Assembly: GCA_025934255.1 (NCBI GenBank)
Contig: JAICYJ010000009.1
Span: 2,804-66,803, forward strand
Direction: 5' to 3'
DNA: 64,000 nucleotides
Origin: Thermoleophilia bacterium
Lineage (GTDB): Bacteria; Actinomycetota; Thermoleophilia; Gaiellales; JAICJC01
The position numbers and the translations under genes were made by a program. The notes below the pieces were generated by a model, which searched no databases, was not told the DNA's origin, and saw only the letters and a list, made by a program, of their open reading frames with translations. Below, one piece after another: positions 8,100-17,805 of the stretch; the first letter of the stretch is position 1, and the number at the start of each line of letters is the position of its first letter.

Positions 8100-10256
8100 T
8101 TGACTACGCGCGCCGCCAGGTGGATCGCGCTGCTCCTAGCCGTGACGTTCGCCTTGTCGGCCTCGGCGGCTCGCGCTGCAACGCTCGTGTTCAGCCCGGC
8201 CGGCCCCGGCGGCGGAGGCTTCCAGAACGTGGTGGCGGCCGATCCGGCCAACCCCAGCGTGCTGCTCTCCGGTGGCGACGTGTCGGGGATCGAGCGCTCG
8301 ACCGACGGCGGCGCCAGCTGGCAGGCGGTCAACGCCGGCCTGGTGGGCCGTGCCCAGCTCGAGGTGGCTGCGTTCCTGTTCTCGCCGGTGGTGGCCGGGC
8401 GCGTGTACGCGGCGGTGGGCGACGCCGGCACCGGCGGCGGCCTGCTCGAGTCCGATGACTCCGGCGCCACCTGGAGGATGGTGTCGAGGGTGCCCCAGTT
8501 CGCCGGCGGCAACGCCAAGACGGCCGGGCTGCCCGCCGAGCACCCGCGATCGACCGGGAACCTGCTGGTCCAGGATCCGGTCAGCGGCTCGATCTACGCG
8601 GCCACCTTCAGCCAGGGTGTGATGCGCTCCGACGACGGCGGTGCGACCTGGACGACGCTCGGCCTGAGCGGCCTCCACCTGCGCTCGCTGGCGCTCGATC
8701 CGACCGCGACCAGCGTGCTCTACGCGGGCAGCTACGGGCAGGGTCTCTACGAGACCACCGATGCCGGCGGCCTGGGCGGGTTCACGCGGCTGGCAACGGC
8801 GCCGGCCACGGTCGAGGAGCTGAGCATCGCGGGCGGCACCATCTACGCGGCCGCCGGCACCAGCGGCGTGTTCGCCTCCGGCGACGGCGGCGCAACCTGG
8901 TCGCAGCTGGGCGCCGGCCAGCTGCGGGCCGGCTCCATGTGGACGTCGATCGCGGCGTGGACCGGCTGCGACGGCGCCACCCAGGTCTACGCGGGCGCGG
9001 ATCAGTCGTCACCGGACGCGATCGTCCGCTCGGGCGACGGCGGCGCCACCTGGCATTCGGTCACGGGCGATCCGACCAGAATCCATCCCGATGTCGGCGG
9101 CCCCGGCGGGGCGCCGTGGTGGCTGGCGACCCGGCCCGGCTTCATGCTGGGCGGAAAGAGCTCCACCCCCGCCCAGATCGGGCTTGCGATCGACGCCACG
9201 CAGCCCTGTGCCGATCCGGCGGTGCTCGTGGCCGGTCGCTCCGGCATCTGGAAGTCGGGCAACGACGGCGGCGACTGGTACCCGATGGTCGGCCACATGG
9301 GGGTGACGCTGATCCAGGACCTGGCCGTCGATCCGCACGCTCCGGCCACCGTCGACATGGTCGCGACCGACTGGACGTTCCTGACCTCGAGCGACACCGG
9401 CGCCAGCGTCACCTCGCCGGTGATCAAGCTGGCCGCCTCCACGGGGTTCGACGTCGCCATCGATCCGACGGTCACGCCCTCACGCGTGTACATCGCCACC
9501 GGTAACCGCGACGGAAACAGGCAGGGCAAGATCTACTCGTCATCCACCCCGGCGATCTCCAGTTCGTGGACGGATGAGGGGCTCTCGGCGCTGGCCGGTG
9601 TCAAGCGGCCGCTGGCGATCGCCGTCGGAAAGTCGGGTACCAGCAGGGTGCTGCTGGCCGCCGTCGACGCGGGCGGTATCTATCGCAAGGTCGGCACCGG
9701 CAAGTGGACGAGGGCCGCCGCGGCGGCGATGACGACCAAGAACTGGGCGAAGCCGATCCAGATGGTGTGGCCGGCCGGCACCTCGATCGTCTACCTGTAC
9801 GACCACCGCAGCGGCATCTGGCGGTCGACCGACGCCGGCGCCACCTGGACGAAGCTGTGGGCGAAGCCGTCGTCGGGCGATCTCAAGGGCTTCATCGCCA
9901 CCGACGCCACCGGCACCACGCTGTGGGTCTCCAACGGCACCGCGCTCTACCGGATCGACAACGCCAGCAAGGTCGCGGCCGCGGGGCTGGCGCCGGTGAC
10001 GGTGCTGACCGTGCCGCAGCCGGGGCCGGTGGTGGTCGCACCCGGCGGCAGCGTCTACCTGGCCGTACAGCCGACCGCGACCGCGCCGGCTCAGCTGCTC
10101 CGCTCCGATGACAAGGGCGCCACCTGGGCGGACGTGGCTGACGCCATCTACCGGGCCACGGCGCTTCTGCCCTACCGGCTGGTGGTCGACGGCTCGGGCG
10201 CCGTCTGGGTCTGCCTGGCCGGCAACGGCGTGCTGCGCGGTGTGCCCGCGCCGTAG
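8100..10256 (+). CDS. secreted BNR/Asp-box repeat beta-propeller protein
   Basis: Signal peptide (ALSASAARA). Eight SxDxGxTW-type Asp-boxes: STDGGASW, SDDSGATW, SDDGGATW, SGDGGATW (twice), NDGGDW, STDAGATW, SDDKGATW. Confidence 0.8.
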   Translation: MTTRAARWIALLLAVTFALSASAARAATLVFSPAGPGGGGFQNVVAADPANPSVLLSGGDVSGIERSTDGGASWQAVNAGLVGRAQLEVAAFLFSPVVAGRVYAAVGDAGTGGGLLESDDSGATWRMVSRVPQFAGGNAKTAGLPAEHPRSTGNLLVQDPVSGSIYAATFSQGVMRSDDGGATWTTLGLSGLHLRSLALDPTATSVLYAGSYGQGLYETTDAGGLGGFTRLATAPATVEELSIAGGTIYAAAGTSGVFASGDGGATWSQLGAGQLRAGSMWTSIAAWTGCDGATQVYAGADQSSPDAIVRSGDGGATWHSVTGDPTRIHPDVGGPGGAPWWLATRPGFMLGGKSSTPAQIGLAIDATQPCADPAVLVAGRSGIWKSGNDGGDWYPMVGHMGVTLIQDLAVDPHAPATVDMVATDWTFLTSSDTGASVTSPVIKLAASTGFDVAIDPTVTPSRVYIATGNRDGNRQGKIYSSSTPAISSSWTDEGLSALAGVKRPLAIAVGKSGTSRVLLAAVDAGGIYRKVGTGKWTRAAAAAMTTKNWAKPIQMVWPAGTSIVYLYDHRSGIWRSTDAGATWTKLWAKPSSGDLKGFIATDATGTTLWVSNGTALYRIDNASKVAAAGLAPVTVLTVPQPGPVVVAPGGSVYLAVQPTATAPAQLLRSDDKGATWADVADAIYRATALLPYRLVVDGSGAVWVCLAGNGVLRGVPAP

Positions 10257-10287
10257 CCCCGCTGGGCTCCGGTAGGCTCCCGGCCTG

Positions 10288-11847
10288 ATGGCGGAGCACA
10301 CCAGCGAGGAACGGCTGCAGGCGCTCGAGCAGCTGCGCCGCGAGGCGCTGCACTCGGGCTCGCCACGCGCGGTCGAGCGGCACCGCGAGCGCGGCAAGCT
10401 GCTCGCCCGGGAGCGCGTGGAGCTGCTGCTCGACCGCCGGTCGTTCGTCGAGCTGGACGTCTTCGTGCAGCACCGCAACCCGAACTTCAACATGATGGAG
10501 ACCCGCCCCTACGGCGACGGCGTGGTCACGGGCCACGGCACCATCGAGGGCCGGCGGGTGTTCGTGTTCTCGCAGGACTTCACCGTGTTCGGGGGCAGCC
10601 TGGGCGAGGCCTACGCGCAGAAGATCACCAAGGTGATGGACATGGCGCTGCGCTACCGATGCCCCATCATCGGCATCAACGACTCCGGCGGCGCGCGCAT
10701 CCAGGAAGGCGTGGTGTCGCTGGCCGGCTACGCCGACATCTTCTTCAGGAACGTGCAGTCGTCAGGCGTGATCCCCCAGGTCTCCCTGGTGATGGGGCCG
10801 TGCGCCGGCGGCGCCGTCTACTCGCCGGCCATGACCGACTTCGTGATGATGGTTGAGCAGACCTCGCACATGTTCATCACCGGCCCCGAGGTGGTGAAGA
10901 CCGTCACCGGCGAGGAGGTCAGCTTCGAACAGCTGGGCGGCGCGCACACGCATGCCTCGCGCAGCGGCGTCGCCCACTTCACCGCCGCCGATGAGCGTGC
11001 GCTGATCGAGGACTGCCGCTACCTGCTCTCGTTCCTGCCCGGCTGGAACGGCGAGCAGCCGCCGTGGGAGCCGCCCGACGATCCGGTCGACCGGGAGGAC
11101 GCCGAGCTCGACCGGCTGATTCCCGACGAGTCGGCCAAGCCCTACGACATGCACGAGGTGGTGCGCAGGGTGATCGACGACGGCGAGTTCCTCGAGGTGC
11201 ACGCCGCCTGGGCTGGCAACATCATCTGCGGATTTGCGCGCCTGGGCGGCCACCCGGTCGGCATCGTCGCCAACCAGCCGCGCTCGCTGGCCGGCGTGCT
11301 CGACATCGACAGCTCCACCAAGGCCGGCCGGTTCGTGCGCACCTGCGACGCCTTCAACGTTCCGGTGGTCACCTTCGTGGACGTGCCCGGCTTCCTGCCG
11401 GGCACCTCACAGGAGTGGGGCGGCATCATCCGGCACGGCGCGAAGCTGCTGTACGCCTACTGCGAGGCGACGGTGCCGAAGCTGACCGTGATCACGCGCA
11501 AGGCCTACGGCGGCGCGTACGACGTGATGGGCTCGAAGCACATCGGCGCCGACTTCAACTTCGCCTGGCCGACGGCGGAGGTGGCGGTGATGGGGCCGGA
11601 CGGGGCGGTCAACATCGTGTTTCGCAAGGAGCTGGAGACGGCCGACGATCCGGTCGCGCGGCGCGCCGAGCTGGTCGAGGAGTACCGGGAGCAGTTCGCG
11701 AACCCGTTCACCGCGGCCGAGCGCGGCTACGTCGACGACGTGATCGAGCCGCGGCGGACACGGCCGGCGCTGATCACCGCGCTGGAGGCCTGTCGCGGTA
11801 AGCGGGCAGACGTGCCGGAGCGCAAGCACGGCAACATCCCGCTGTGA
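10288..11847 (+). CDS. pccB: acyl-CoA (propionyl-CoA) carboxylase beta subunit, carboxyltransferase
   Basis: 519 aa with a typical carboxyltransferase sequence (..GKLLARERVELLLD.., ..GGARIQEGV.., ..AYGGAYDVM..). Confidence 0.9.
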   Translation: MAEHTSEERLQALEQLRREALHSGSPRAVERHRERGKLLARERVELLLDRRSFVELDVFVQHRNPNFNMMETRPYGDGVVTGHGTIEGRRVFVFSQDFTVFGGSLGEAYAQKITKVMDMALRYRCPIIGINDSGGARIQEGVVSLAGYADIFFRNVQSSGVIPQVSLVMGPCAGGAVYSPAMTDFVMMVEQTSHMFITGPEVVKTVTGEEVSFEQLGGAHTHASRSGVAHFTAADERALIEDCRYLLSFLPGWNGEQPPWEPPDDPVDREDAELDRLIPDESAKPYDMHEVVRRVIDDGEFLEVHAAWAGNIICGFARLGGHPVGIVANQPRSLAGVLDIDSSTKAGRFVRTCDAFNVPVVTFVDVPGFLPGTSQEWGGIIRHGAKLLYAYCEATVPKLTVITRKAYGGAYDVMGSKHIGADFNFAWPTAEVAVMGPDGAVNIVFRKELETADDPVARRAELVEEYREQFANPFTAAERGYVDDVIEPRRTRPALITALEACRGKRADVPERKHGNIPL

Positions 11848-12044
11848 TCGAGGTGCGGCCACGGGCCTCGGCTGCCCAGCGCCGGGCGATTGAACAGGCG
11901 CTGGTGCAGCTTTCACTCGTAGAATCCGCCGATGTTCAGCAAGGTGCTGGTGGCAAACCGCGGCGAGATCGCGATCCGGATCTTCCGCACGCTGCGCGAA
12001 ATGGGAATCGCCTCGGTGGCGGTCTACTCCGAGGCCGACCGTGA
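11844..12044 (+). CDS. possible acyl-CoA carboxylase epsilon-like small ORF (doubtful)
   Basis: GTGA overlap with the pccB stop. The N-terminus MIEVRPRASAAQRRAIEQAL loosely resembles AccE/PccE N-termini. The ORF runs 113 nt into the next gene in another frame. Confidence 0.25.
   Translation: MIEVRPRASAAQRRAIEQALVQLSLVESADVQQGAGGKPRRDRDPDLPHAARNGNRLGGGLLRGRP
11920..11925 (+). promoter_or_regulatory. -10 box TAGAAT, 6 nt upstream of the ATG (leaderless biotin carboxylase gene)
   Basis: TAGAAT-ccgccg-ATG with no Shine-Dalgarno sequence. Confidence 0.4.
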
Positions 12045-13686
12045 GTCGGCGTTCGTCGCCTACGCGGACGAGGCATATCTGATCGGCCCGGGTCCGGCCG
12101 TCCAGAGCTACCTGCTGTCAGAGACGATCGTGCGCACCGCCCTGCGCAGCGGCGCCGAGGCGGTGCACCCTGGGTTCGGATTCCTGGCCGAGAACGCTGC
12201 GTTCGCCCGCGCCTGCGCAGCCGCCGGCCTGGTGTTCGTAGGGCCGCCGCCCGATGCGATCGAGGCGATGGGATCGAAGACCAGCGCGCGTGAGCTGATG
12301 GACCGGGCCGGCGTGCCCGTCATCCCCGGCACCAACTCCGCGGTGGATACCGTCGAGGAGGCGCTCGAGATCGCGCAGGGGATCGGCTATCCGGTGGCGG
12401 TGAAGGCGTCGGCCGGGGGCGGCGGGAAGGGCATCGAGGTCGCGGCCGATGCGGAGCAGCTGCGGCGCGGCTACGAGTCCGCGCGGCGGCAGGGCAAGGC
12501 GTACTTCGCCGACGACAGCGTGTTTCTCGAGCGCTACCTGGAGCGGCCGCGGCACGTCGAGGTGCAGGTGCTGGCCGACAGCCACGGGTCGATCGTGCAT
12601 CTCGGCGAGCGTGACTGCTCGATCCAGCGGCGTCATCAGAAGATCGTGGAGGAGACGCCCTCGCCGGCCGTGTCCCCCGAGCTGCGCAAGCGGATCGGAG
12701 CGATCGGGGTGGAGGCGGCGCGGGCGGTTGGCTACGTGAACGCCGGCACGGTCGAGGGGCTGCTGGACGCGGACGGCACCTACTACTTCCTGGAGATGAA
12801 CACGCGCCTGCAGGTGGAGCACACGATCACCGAGATGGTGACCGGCCTCGATCTGGTGCGCGAGCAGCTGCGGATCGCAAGCGGCGAGCCGTTGTCGATC
12901 GCGCAATCGGACGTGACTCTGCGCGGGCATTCGATCCAGTGCCGCATCAACGCGGAGGATCCGGCCCGCGACTTCGTGCCGACGCCGGGACGGGTGACCC
13001 GCTACCGCGAGCCGTCGGGGCCGGGCGTGCGGGTCGACTCGGGGATCGTCGAGGGCGCCTTCATATCGGATCTGTACGACCCGATGATCGCAAAGCTGAT
13101 CGTCTGGGACGCCGACCGCGAGCTGGCGCGGCGCCGGATGCTGCGGGCGCTGTCGGAGTTCGAGGTGGAGGGCGTGCACTCGCTGATCCCGATCCACCGG
13201 GCGATCCTGGAACATCCCGAGTTTGCGGCCGGCGGAACGATGCACGACTTCGTCGAGGGTGGCGGGTACGCCCGTTCGCTGAAGCAGCAGCCGTCGGCTG
13301 ATGGAGCCGCCGCCACGCCCGAGCCGACCCGGAACGAGGCGCGAACGCTGGTCACGGAGGTGGACGGCGAGCGGTTCGAGGTGACGGTGCTGGCGCCGGA
13401 GCATGCGGGCCGCAGGCGGCTGCGCGAGCGGCGGGCGCAGCTCGCGCAGCGCTCGGCCGGTGGGGCCGGTGCCGCCGATGTGATCCGCAGCCCGATGCAG
13501 GGGATGGTGCTGAAGGTGGCGGCGCAGGCGGGGGCAGAGGTGCAGGCGGGCGAGGTGCTGGTCGTGGTGGAGGCGATGAAGATGGAGAACGAGATCGTGG
13601 CGCCGCACGCCGGCACCGTGGACGCGGTGGCGGTGGGTGAGGGCGACCAGGTGTCCAACGGCCAGGAGCTGGTCAGGCTGGTGTGA
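11932..13686 (+). CDS. accA: acetyl/propionyl-CoA carboxylase alpha subunit (biotin carboxylase + BCCP)
   Basis: MFSKVLVANRGEIAIRIFRT N-terminus, an ATP-grasp region, and the C-terminal biotinylation motif EAMKMENEI. Confidence 0.92.
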   Translation: MFSKVLVANRGEIAIRIFRTLREMGIASVAVYSEADRESAFVAYADEAYLIGPGPAVQSYLLSETIVRTALRSGAEAVHPGFGFLAENAAFARACAAAGLVFVGPPPDAIEAMGSKTSARELMDRAGVPVIPGTNSAVDTVEEALEIAQGIGYPVAVKASAGGGGKGIEVAADAEQLRRGYESARRQGKAYFADDSVFLERYLERPRHVEVQVLADSHGSIVHLGERDCSIQRRHQKIVEETPSPAVSPELRKRIGAIGVEAARAVGYVNAGTVEGLLDADGTYYFLEMNTRLQVEHTITEMVTGLDLVREQLRIASGEPLSIAQSDVTLRGHSIQCRINAEDPARDFVPTPGRVTRYREPSGPGVRVDSGIVEGAFISDLYDPMIAKLIVWDADRELARRRMLRALSEFEVEGVHSLIPIHRAILEHPEFAAGGTMHDFVEGGGYARSLKQQPSADGAAATPEPTRNEARTLVTEVDGERFEVTVLAPEHAGRRRLRERRAQLAQRSAGGAGAADVIRSPMQGMVLKVAAQAGAEVQAGEVLVVVEAMKMENEIVAPHAGTVDAVAVGEGDQVSNGQELVRLV

Positions 13687-13698
13687 CCCGGGAGAGGG

Positions 13699-14172
13699 TC
13701 AGCTGCCGTGGCAGCGTTTGTACTTCTTGCCGGAGCCGCAGGGGCAGGGATCGTTGCGGCCGACCTTGCCGCCGCCGAAGCGGGCGTCGAGCGAGGGCAG
13801 TCCCGCCGGCGTCTCGGCGATCGCCCCCAGGTCGCGGCTGGAGCGGATCCGTTCCAGCTCGCGCACGTCCTCGTTGTCGAGCGTCAGCACCAGCTCCACC
13901 GGCTCCGGCTCGGCATCCAGCAGCCCCAGCTGGTCGAGCAGCGCCTCGGCGTCCGCGCTGGTCAGCCCCCGGGCATCCGCGGGCAGGTCGATGCGGGAGG
14001 GGCAGACCAGACGGAACCGCTCCCAGCGCTCCTGGTCGGCCTCGCTGGGCCCGCGCTCGAGCCGCTCGCGAAAGGCCCGGCGATCGGCGGACCGGCCGGA
14101 TCGTGCGTCGAGCGCCTCGATCAGCTCGAACGGCAGCCAGGCGGCCCAGCCGCTGTCGATCAGGTTGCTCAT
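13699..14172 (-). CDS. SEC-C metal-binding domain protein
   Basis: C-terminus [20 protein letters not shown]. Start set at the internal ATG (MSNLIDSGW...). The longer track ORF is a GC-rich upstream extension. Confidence 0.75.
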   Translation of the reverse strand: MSNLIDSGWAAWLPFELIEALDARSGRSADRRAFRERLERGPSEADQERWERFRLVCPSRIDLPADARGLTSADAEALLDQLGLLDAEPEPVELVLTLDNEDVRELERIRSSRDLGAIAETPAGLPSLDARFGGGKVGRNDPCPCGSGKKYKRCHGS

Positions 14173-14207
14173 CCGGCCATGCAGTCTACGCGGCACCCGC
14201 GTTTCCG

Positions 14208-15656
14208 TCACGAGGCCAGGCTGCTCATGCGCGCCGCCCACACCTCCAGCGACAGCTCGACGCGGGTCTGGGGCAGGTCGAAGTCGAGGCCGTGGCGGGC
14301 CGAGAGCACGGCCAGGCGGTCGTACAGGCGCTGGCGGGCGATGCCCAGCCGCTTGGCGGCAGACGCCTTCGACCAGCCGGTCGCAACCAGCGCCTCGACC
14401 ACGGCCAGGCCCGGCTCGTCGAACCGCGACCCCATGCGCCCGCCCGCCAGCACCTCCCGTGCCACCGGGGCGAGCGCGCCCAGATCCGAGCCGAACCTGA
14501 CCTGGGGGCCGGCCGCTGCCGCCACCAGGCAAGCACGCTCCGCCGTCGCCAGCGCCTCCGTGATGTGCCACGGCTCCGTCCCGCAGGCCTCCAGCCCGAC
14601 CGCCGTCACCTCGCCGCGCCGGATCAGATCGCGCGCCACGGCCCGTGGATCGGCTCCGGGCGCGATCGCGATCAATCCGCGCGGGCCGTCCACCAGCGCG
14701 TCCATCCCCAGTCGCTCCAGCCGCGCCAGCGACCCGCGGCCGTGGATCGCCCACAGCCTGCCGCGCGACAGGTCGACGCCGACCGATCGCGCCCGCCGCA
14801 GGATCTCCTGGCGGCTGCCCGCCCGGCCCTCGGCCAGCCGTTGCAGCAACCGCGCCCGCTCCGCCGACGGCACCTCCTCGGCCGGCGGCTGCGCGGCCAG
14901 CGCCACCGACAGCAGGAACGCCGCCTCGTCCACCGCCAGCAGGTCGAGCTCGTCACCGCGCCGTGACAGCACGTGCAGCCGCGCTCCCGGCTGTACCGAT
15001 CGCGAGTGCAGGGCGGTCGGCAGGCGCTGGCGGTAGCGGTCGAGCGCCTCCAGGAAGGCCACGTCCAGCCCGGCCTCCGGGGCGCTCGCGATCGGCGTGC
15101 GGTCGGCGCGTTCGAGCAGCACCTGCGCCTCCAGCACCTCACCCAGCGCCGCCACCAGGCCGGCGGGTCCCAGCCCCTCGCGCGCCGCCTCCCGCAGCTG
15201 CGCCTGCAGCGACACCGCCCGCCGCAGGGTGGCCAGCTCCCCCGACACCAGGCGCTCGTTCAAGACGTGGGTGATGTCGACGAACCGCACCGGTCTGCCG
15301 AACACGAGCAGCGGCAGGTCGTGCGACCGGCAGGCCGTGGTCAGCGCGTCCGGCGAGACGTGGCTGGGCTCGAGCCCGATCCCGGCCGCGCCGGCCCGGG
15401 CCACCGCCGCGACCAGGGCATCGACCTCGGCCGGTGCCATCGCTGCCAGCGCGATGCCGGTCGTGAGCAGGAACTCCCCGCCGCGCAGCATGCCGGTCAC
15501 CGCCGGCGTCTCGAACACGTGCACCCACTCCACCCGGTTCCCCAGCCGGTGGCCGGCGGCCGCCACGCTCACGTCCGCGCTGCGGAGCAGTTCGAGCGCG
15601 AGCACATCCGCGACGGTCAGGACAGAGTGTCCGGATTCTTCGGCCATTTGAGACAC
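14208..15656 (-). CDS. PucR family transcriptional regulator
   Basis: PucR-like N-terminal domain ([13 protein letters not shown]...[20 protein letters not shown]) and a C-terminal HTH ([20 protein letters not shown]). The start may instead be the ATG at 15647. Confidence 0.85.
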   Translation of the reverse strand: MSQMAEESGHSVLTVADVLALELLRSADVSVAAAGHRLGNRVEWVHVFETPAVTGMLRGGEFLLTTGIALAAMAPAEVDALVAAVARAGAAGIGLEPSHVSPDALTTACRSHDLPLLVFGRPVRFVDITHVLNERLVSGELATLRRAVSLQAQLREAAREGLGPAGLVAALGEVLEAQVLLERADRTPIASAPEAGLDVAFLEALDRYRQRLPTALHSRSVQPGARLHVLSRRGDELDLLAVDEAAFLLSVALAAQPPAEEVPSAERARLLQRLAEGRAGSRQEILRRARSVGVDLSRGRLWAIHGRGSLARLERLGMDALVDGPRGLIAIAPGADPRAVARDLIRRGEVTAVGLEACGTEPWHITEALATAERACLVAAAAGPQVRFGSDLGALAPVAREVLAGGRMGSRFDEPGLAVVEALVATGWSKASAAKRLGIARQRLYDRLAVLSARHGLDFDLPQTRVELSLEVWAARMSSLAS

Positions 15657-15727
15657 AGTGTACGCTGGTGCGGCGACGGCCGGGCTGCCAGCATTGGGAC
15701 GCGAACCGATCCACGGAAGGAATCCCC

Positions 15728-17239
15728 ATGTCCCAGGCCGCCATCCAGACGCGACTGCTCGGCAACTACATCAACGGCGACTGGCGCCCGGCCGCGGCCG
15801 GTGACCAGCTCGACGTGACCAACCCGGCCACCGGCGAGGTGCTGGCGCGGGTGCCGCTGTCGGGTGTCGAGGACGTCGACGCCGCGGTCGCGGCGGCTCG
15901 CGCCGCTTTCCCGGCCTGGCGCAGCCGCTCCACGATCGCGCGCGCGCGCTGGCTGTTCGGATTCCGCCAGGTACTGGAGGCCCACCAGGACGAGATCGCC
16001 CGGGCGGTGACGCGCGAGATGGGCAAGACCTTCCCGGATGCGCGGGCCGAGGTGGGCCGCGCCATCGAGATGGTGGAGGCCGCCACGGCGATCCCCCAGA
16101 CCATGCAGGGCCGGGTGCTCGAGAACGTGGCCACGGCCGTCGACACCGAGACCTTCCGGCAGCCGGTCGGGGTCTGCGCCGCGATCGCCCCGTTCAACTT
16201 CCCGGCCATGGTGCCGTTCTGGTTCCTGCCGTTCGCGATCGCCTGCGGCAACACCTTCATCCTCAAGCCCTCGGAGCAGGTGCCGCTGACGCAGGAGCTG
16301 ATCTTCAACCTGCTGCATGAGCACGGCGGGCTGCCGGACGGCGTCGTCAATCTCGTCAACGGCTCGGTCGACGTCGTCAACGGCATCCTCGACCATCCCG
16401 GCATCGACGCCGTCTCGTTCGTCGGCTCGGCCACCGTCGCCCGCTACGTCTACGAGCGGGCGGCCGCCAGCGGCAAGCGGGTGCAGGCGCTGGGCGGCGC
16501 CAAGAACTTCATGGTGGTGATGCCCGATGCCGTGATGCCCAAGACCGTCGGCAACATCATCGGCAGCGCGTTCGGCGCCGCCGGCCAGCGCTGCATGGCC
16601 GGCTCGGTCGTGATCGCGGTGGGCGACGCCAAGGCGCCGCTGATGGAGGAGCTGGTGCCCCGCACCCAGGAGCTGGCGGTCGGCGACGGCCTCGACGACG
16701 CCACCGACGTCGGCCCGGTCGTCTCGTGCGCGTCGCGCGACCGCATCCTGGAGTGGATCGAGCGCGGCATCGGCGACGGCGCCACGCTGGCCGTCGACGG
16801 CCGCAGCCCGTCCGCCAACAGCGAGGGCGCGTTCGTCGGCCCCACCATCCTCGACGCGGTCACCCCGGACATGGACGTGGCCCAGGAGGAGATCTTCGGG
16901 CCGGTGCTGTCGGTGATCCACGCAGGGTCGCTGGACGAGGCGATCGAGATCGTGAACGCCAGCCGCTACGGCAACGGCACCTCGATCTTCACCGAGTCGG
17001 GCGCGGCCGTCCGCCGCTATCGCCACGACGTCGAGGTGGGGATGGTCGGCGTCAACGTGGGCGTCGCCGCGCCGGTCGCGTTCTTCCCGTTCTCCGGCTG
17101 GAAGGGCAGCTTCTTCGGCGACCTGCACGCCCACGGGCCCGACGCGGTCGAGTTCTACACGCGCAAGAAGACGGTCACCTCGCGCTTCTTCTCGGGCGGC
17201 GAGACGGGCCGTTTCTTCACCGAGCAGGGAGATCGCTAG
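15728..17239 (+). CDS. mmsA: CoA-acylating methylmalonate/malonate-semialdehyde dehydrogenase
   Basis: Aldehyde dehydrogenase fold with catalytic GQRCMA and the MmsA-typical FPFSGWKGSFFGD. GGAAGGAA RBS before the ATG at 15728. Confidence 0.9.
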   Translation: MSQAAIQTRLLGNYINGDWRPAAAGDQLDVTNPATGEVLARVPLSGVEDVDAAVAAARAAFPAWRSRSTIARARWLFGFRQVLEAHQDEIARAVTREMGKTFPDARAEVGRAIEMVEAATAIPQTMQGRVLENVATAVDTETFRQPVGVCAAIAPFNFPAMVPFWFLPFAIACGNTFILKPSEQVPLTQELIFNLLHEHGGLPDGVVNLVNGSVDVVNGILDHPGIDAVSFVGSATVARYVYERAAASGKRVQALGGAKNFMVVMPDAVMPKTVGNIIGSAFGAAGQRCMAGSVVIAVGDAKAPLMEELVPRTQELAVGDGLDDATDVGPVVSCASRDRILEWIERGIGDGATLAVDGRSPSANSEGAFVGPTILDAVTPDMDVAQEEIFGPVLSVIHAGSLDEAIEIVNASRYGNGTSIFTESGAAVRRYRHDVEVGMVGVNVGVAAPVAFFPFSGWKGSFFGDLHAHGPDAVEFYTRKKTVTSRFFSGGETGRFFTEQGDR

Positions 17240-17260
17240 GTGGCTGAAATGACCACCCGG

Positions 17261-17704
17261 TCACGCGCTGCCGCGGTAGCTCTCCTTGAGCACGGACAGG
17301 TACCCGAACGACTCGCTGTCCTGCACTCCCGGCACCTTCGGCAGCCGGCGGTGCATGAAGTCGAGCAGGTGCTTGTTGTTGCGGCAGGTGATCTCGGCCA
17401 GGTAGTCGAAGCGGCCGGTGCTGGCGATCAGGTAGGTGACCTCGTCCAGCGCGGTCAGCGCGTCGGCGGCGGCCTGCAGCTGAGCCTTGTCGACGCGCAG
17501 CCCCAGCATGCACACCGCGTCGTAGCCGATCAGCAGCGGGTTGGTGACGGCGGTGATCTGCATGACGCCGTCGGCGGTCAGGCGGGCGACCCGCTGGCGC
17601 ACGGTCGCCTCGGAGACGTCCAGCTCCTCCGCGATCTTGACGAACGACTTGCGGCCGTCCTCGACGAGCGAGTCGACGATGCGGTGGTCGAGATCGTCAG
17701 TCAT
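17261..17704 (-). CDS. Lrp/AsnC family transcriptional regulator
   Basis: HTH KSFVKIAEELDVSEATVRQRVARL plus a RAM-like domain. Start set at MTDDLDHRIV (17704). The 13 extra track codons translate the AT-rich intergenic region. Confidence 0.88.
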   Translation of the reverse strand: MTDDLDHRIVDSLVEDGRKSFVKIAEELDVSEATVRQRVARLTADGVMQITAVTNPLLIGYDAVCMLGLRVDKAQLQAAADALTALDEVTYLIASTGRFDYLAEITCRNNKHLLDFMHRRLPKVPGVQDSESFGYLSVLKESYRGSA

Positions 17705-17707
17705 GTC

Positions 17708-17756
17708 ACGAATTACGATATTCGTAGAAATCAGCGCAGTCAATACGAATTGCGTA
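17708..17756. promoter_or_regulatory. AT-rich palindromes, candidate Lrp operator
   Basis: ACGAAT-N6-ATTCGT at 17708-17725 and the near-palindrome TACGAATTGCGTA at 17744-17756. CGTAGA occurs twice. Confidence 0.35.
17715..17743 (-). promoter_or_regulatory. lrp promoter candidate TTGACT-N17-TATCGT
   Basis: On the complement, TTGACT is at 17743-17738 and TATCGT at 17720-17715. The ATG at 17704 is 10 nt downstream, so the leader is very short or absent. Confidence 0.45.
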
Positions 17757-17805
17757 GACTTGCGGCGGTGCCCGCAGAGACCTCCCCGACCGGGCCAAAG
17801 GCCGC

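Noticed and set aside
13683-15036. 427-aa and 442-aa plus-strand ORFs
   Set aside because: They lie opposite the SEC-C and PucR genes and are Arg/Pro/Ala/Ser-rich shadows.
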